Assembly: GCA_964645535.1 (NCBI GenBank)
Contig: CAZYCQ010000019.1
Span: forward strand, 1 to 50,217
Source: an uncultured archaeon
GTDB taxonomy: Archaea > Asgardarchaeota > Heimdallarchaeia > Heimdallarchaeales > Kariarchaeaceae
Length of the DNA: 50,217 bases
Direction: 5' to 3'
Numbering within the stretch: position 1 is the first letter of the stretch; every line of letters starts with the position of its first letter. Below are positions 46,851 to 50,217 of the stretch, in pieces. The notes under the pieces are model-generated. The model was given only the letters and a program-made list of their open reading frames with translations. It had not been told where the DNA came from and made no database searches. The position numbers and the translations under genes were made by a program.

Positions 46851-47222
46851 ATTCAGAACCCATTTCATTTGAATAAAAAGATGCAGGTTCTGCCCTTTTG
46901 ACTTCACCCCAATTATTGGTAGTCTTGTCCTGTGCACCCCTGATTTAATGTATGCTCCTCACACCTGACCATATGATTCCATTTTCTGTTTTCCTGTCTT
47001 CAATGTCAACCTTTGAATGTCTTAAGGCAGATCTGGAGAAAAAATGATATATGGTGGTGAGAATTTTCAATTATTTTCAATTATTTCCACTTACTTTTCA
47101 CTTCTTCATACAGCAGAACAAATCCATCTCAAGATTCAAAAATTGAACTTTATCTCCAAAAATTACCCAACAAAGTTGGCCTCCAACTAGCAGTTTAATT
47201 GGACACATTGCCCTCCTGATCT

Positions 47223-48440
47223 GTGGAGAAAGAATTAAAGGAGAGGAAAAGCCCTCTCTGGGTTTACTATCTTATCCAAATGAGTTTTGCCTTTTCTCAA
47301 AATCTCGCCTTTCAGTACATTCCTCTCTTCAACAAAAAACTCGGGGCAAATGAAATTGAAATGGGGTTGATGACTGCTGTACAAAATGTTTTCTCAACAG
47401 CATTCAGCCCTTTTTGGGGAAGAATATCTGATGCACACGGAAGGAAACTTTTCCTCCTCCTAGGGTCGTTTATTGCAACTGCAAGCGCAGGAACCCTTAC
47501 ATTCGCAAAAAATCCTCTTCAAGTCATCGTTTCGATTGCCGTCAATTCATTCGGTCTTTCCATGTTAGTTCCAGCATGGCAAGGAGCTTTGGCCGATTAT
47601 ACAGAAGGAAGCAAACGAGGTGGATTCATGGGAAGAATAACCGGTGTCGCATATCTTTATGTGACCATTACTCTTGCCCTCTACTCTTTCGTTGCTCCTT
47701 TACTGGAAATAACTGAAATCCAACAGTACAGGGTTATTATGGCAACTTCGGCAGTAAATTTCCTTATCATGGTCGTACTGTCCTGGATACTGATTGATCT
47801 TAAAGATCCAAATGGACGGAATAGAGAATACAGCCTTCTAGCTTCTCTCCGTGATCGTATTTACAGAAGATTTCTTGCCGTCATTCTCTTCTGGTGGTTC
47901 TGGATGAGCCTTGCTTGGAGCTACTTCCCCACAGTAATTGCGGTCGTCATCGATGCAAGCGTTTCTGAGGTTGCGTGGATAGCCATCACTGGGACTGTTG
48001 TCCAAGCTATTGCTTCCTACAGGATGGGGTCGCTCATTGATAGAATCGGGGAAAGAAGATCCATAATTTACGGATTCATTACATTCACAATTGTGCCCCT
48101 CAATTTTGCCTTTGCAACCGAATGGTGGCACCTCATTCCTGCCCAAATTATTGCAGGTGTCGGCATTGGGTTTGGCTTCACTGCCCTGCAGACCTATATC
48201 CTCGAAATTGCTGGCTCCGAAAAAGCTGGAAACTATCAAGGAACCTACAATCTGTTATGGGGTGCTTTGACATTTGTCGGCTCCTATTTCGGAGGATGGT
48301 TCCTGCAATGGCTCAAAGGAACCGTGGGTTCACTCCCGCTTGCCCTCACCTACGCACTGCTCATCGTGACCGTATTGCGGTTCTTCTCTAATTTCATCAT
48401 GTACTTCTTTCTACCAGATCCCTATCCGAAGCAAGAATAA
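47223..48440 (+). CDS. MFS transporter
   Basis: About 12 TM helices; motif A GRISDAHGRK and its repeat GSLIDRIGER. Confidence 0.92.
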   Translation: MEKELKERKSPLWVYYLIQMSFAFSQNLAFQYIPLFNKKLGANEIEMGLMTAVQNVFSTAFSPFWGRISDAHGRKLFLLLGSFIATASAGTLTFAKNPLQVIVSIAVNSFGLSMLVPAWQGALADYTEGSKRGGFMGRITGVAYLYVTITLALYSFVAPLLEITEIQQYRVIMATSAVNFLIMVVLSWILIDLKDPNGRNREYSLLASLRDRIYRRFLAVILFWWFWMSLAWSYFPTVIAVVIDASVSEVAWIAITGTVVQAIASYRMGSLIDRIGERRSIIYGFITFTIVPLNFAFATEWWHLIPAQIIAGVGIGFGFTALQTYILEIAGSEKAGNYQGTYNLLWGALTFVGSYFGGWFLQWLKGTVGSLPLALTYALLIVTVLRFFSNFIMYFFLPDPYPKQE

Positions 48441-48629
48441 ACATGTTTTATCAAATATCATTTCAAAGAAAAAAATTTATGAACACAAAAATCATCTGCT
48501 TATTCCCTGTTGTTGATTTAGACAAGATAACTGATCCATCTTATTTTCCTGAAAATGTAAAGTTGCATCTGGAGGGTTCTCCTTTTTTCCACTATTGAAC
48601 ATTCAGGATTCTTTAAATTAGTTAAGAAA

Positions 48630-49319
48630 TCACAAAGTTAATGAATTGGATTTTTTGCTTTTTCTTCTGACCACGGATATCACAAGAAGTGCGGTAAGAC
48701 CGAAATATGGCATGAATGTTCTTTCATCATTTGTCGCAGTTACATAGAATGAAATATAGTGCAATGTCATATTCAAGTTGGTGGTTGAATAGAGGACAAG
48801 CTTTGCTGTATCGATTGCGTCAGTTGTTGAATTAACATACTCAAATGTTGTGGAGTTGAGTTCATATGCTGCAATTGGCATTTCGATGGTTTTTGACTGA
48901 TTGTCCATATATGAAATAGTTGATGATTCATTGAGTTGGACATCTTGATACGTTGTATTATCGATATACGTTGTATTATCGATATAATCGAGATAGTTGT
49001 AAGGAAGGGCAACCGCCTGAACCCAACTCACTTTTTTAGGAATAAACTCCGTCCAGTTTGAAGGTGGTTGCCAACCTTCATCGAAAACCCCGTATGCAAA
49101 AAATTTACCTTCTGCAGAGGTGGTGATATTAAAGGTTACCAAAAATCCATACCGAGGTCGGATTTGTTGATTATTACCTTTAAGAAGGAATTCATAAGGA
49201 GTATTCGGCTCCATTTCGAGCTGTACTTCCCTCTCTTGGGGAAGTGTCTCAATGGAATTTGCAGGAAAGATCCCAATCAACAGGGTCATCAGAAATAGAA
49301 AAGTAATGCCGATCTTCAT
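48630..49319 (-). CDS. Secreted glycoprotein with a C-terminal membrane anchor
   Basis: Signal peptide MKIGITFLFLMTLLIGIFPA; many N-x-S/T sequons; C-terminal MPYFGLTALLVISVVRRKSKK. Confidence 0.8.
   Translation of the reverse strand: MKIGITFLFLMTLLIGIFPANSIETLPQEREVQLEMEPNTPYEFLLKGNNQQIRPRYGFLVTFNITTSAEGKFFAYGVFDEGWQPPSNWTEFIPKKVSWVQAVALPYNYLDYIDNTTYIDNTTYQDVQLNESSTISYMDNQSKTIEMPIAAYELNSTTFEYVNSTTDAIDTAKLVLYSTTNLNMTLHYISFYVTATNDERTFMPYFGLTALLVISVVRRKSKKSNSLTL
48948..48983. repeat. Perfect 18-bp tandem duplication (encodes YIDNTT twice)
   Basis: ATACGTTGTATTATCGAT at 48948-48965 and 48966-48983. Confidence 0.9.
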
Positions 49320-49331
49320 TTTCCACTCACC

Positions 49332-50216
49332 TCAACATAATCCCATCATTCTCATTAGGGCATCACAATACGGTTTGCCCAAATCCTTTGCCTCCACAAA
49401 GAGTTTGTGCAGGTCAATGTAGCCCCAGCCATAGAGCTGATGCCATGATGATCGAGATGACGCACCTTTTAGCAGGTCAAGCACTGTATCCACTGGCAGA
49501 AACGGATACTTTTCCGGAACGGTTCCCATATTTGCGCCGATGGCATAGGCGTGATAGACAAGCAGGGCAGCAGCAGCTAGATATGGAGTGCTAAAGCTGG
49601 TTCCGTAGCTGTAATAAAAGACGAAGCTACCCCCTACCGAAGTTCCCGTCAATACCCCATGGCCAGGCATCACAAAATCGGTTCGTTTTGCCGTTTCACT
49701 GATTGATCCGTAACTTGAACAGAAGGGGAGCTTATGAGAATCATCACAGTTTTCATGCTCTCCTTGGTGGTTGATGTGATCCAAGCTAGCCTCTTCAGCC
49801 AAACCTGAGAAATAACCCTTACGCGACTTGTAATCGGAATCATAGTAGTATCCGAAAAGACCGCCGTCTCGCCATCCCCCCCTGTTTTCATGGTCGATCG
49901 AACCCACTCCGTACACATAGGGATGCGATTGGGGGAAACTGTCCCCTCTGTTTCTTCCATCATTGCCCATGGAGGAGACTATTGTGACTCCCTTATTATG
50001 AATTTGGGTAATTAGATTGTTTATACGTCTATCCATTAACGGGTCATACATAGACTGTGAGATCGAGATAACCTTGATTTGATAGGTGTCGATATTGTTC
50101 AAGATCCATTCCCAAGACCTGATATCTTGGGTTATCTCATACCCATAATCACTTTCCACATCATCATCGATGACAATGACCGGTGCTCCTCGAGCAATGG
50201 TTCCAAATGCCGTCAG
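49332..50216 (-). CDS. Subtilisin-like (S8) serine peptidase, 5'-partial
   Basis: Frame is open to the window edge (…GTIARGAPVIVID…); oxyanion SSMGNDG, catalytic GTSFSTP, YGWGYID. Confidence 0.85.
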   Translation of the reverse strand: MTAFGTIARGAPVIVIDDDVESDYGYEITQDIRSWEWILNNIDTYQIKVISISQSMYDPLMDRRINNLITQIHNKGVTIVSSMGNDGRNRGDSFPQSHPYVYGVGSIDHENRGGWRDGGLFGYYYDSDYKSRKGYFSGLAEEASLDHINHQGEHENCDDSHKLPFCSSYGSISETAKRTDFVMPGHGVLTGTSVGGSFVFYYSYGTSFSTPYLAAAALLVYHAYAIGANMGTVPEKYPFLPVDTVLDLLKGASSRSSWHQLYGWGYIDLHKLFVEAKDLGKPYCDALMRMMGLC

Positions 50217-50217
50217 G

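Noticed and set aside
1-50217. CRISPR arrays, rRNA genes, transposases or integrases
   Set aside because: None recognised by eye: no regularly spaced repeats and no DDE, tyrosine or serine recombinase motifs among the ORFs.

Overview
Archaeal chromosomal window, most likely from an Asgard (Heimdallarchaeia-like) genome. The taxon is inferred from eL18/eL38/Rpo3, a GPN GTPase, two roadblock proteins, an MglA-like GTPase and secreted proteins with a hydrophobic-then-basic C-terminal anchor. The left part holds housekeeping and metabolic genes: a FadF/HdrD-like oxidoreductase, rtcA, rps9-rpl13-rpl18e with an inverted rpoD, rpl38e, ppdK and an amidohydrolase. An AT-rich accessory region around tRNA-Pro(GGG) carries a GNAT toxin-antitoxin-like operon and a possibly frameshifted large ORF. 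Further right are uppS, a three-gene split glutamate-synthase-like cluster, a CinA-like gene, ribL, a glycerate-kinase-like gene, alkaline phosphatase, a haloalkane-dehalogenase-like hydrolase, an NTP-transferase with tandem ino1 paralogues, a complete his operon with two gene fusions, an MFS transporter and a partial subtilase. Best candidates for new biology: (1) a single-pass membrane protein joining a glycosylated extracellular beta-sandwich region to a cytoplasmic Regnase-1/Zc3h12a-type NYN RNase domain (a putative receptor ribonuclease); (2) a his-operon leader with two tandem SD-preceded leader peptides sharing M-x-x-D-x-V-H, each inside a predicted hairpin followed by a U-tract (a putative archaeal histidine attenuator). 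All family calls come from motif recognition by eye, not database searches.
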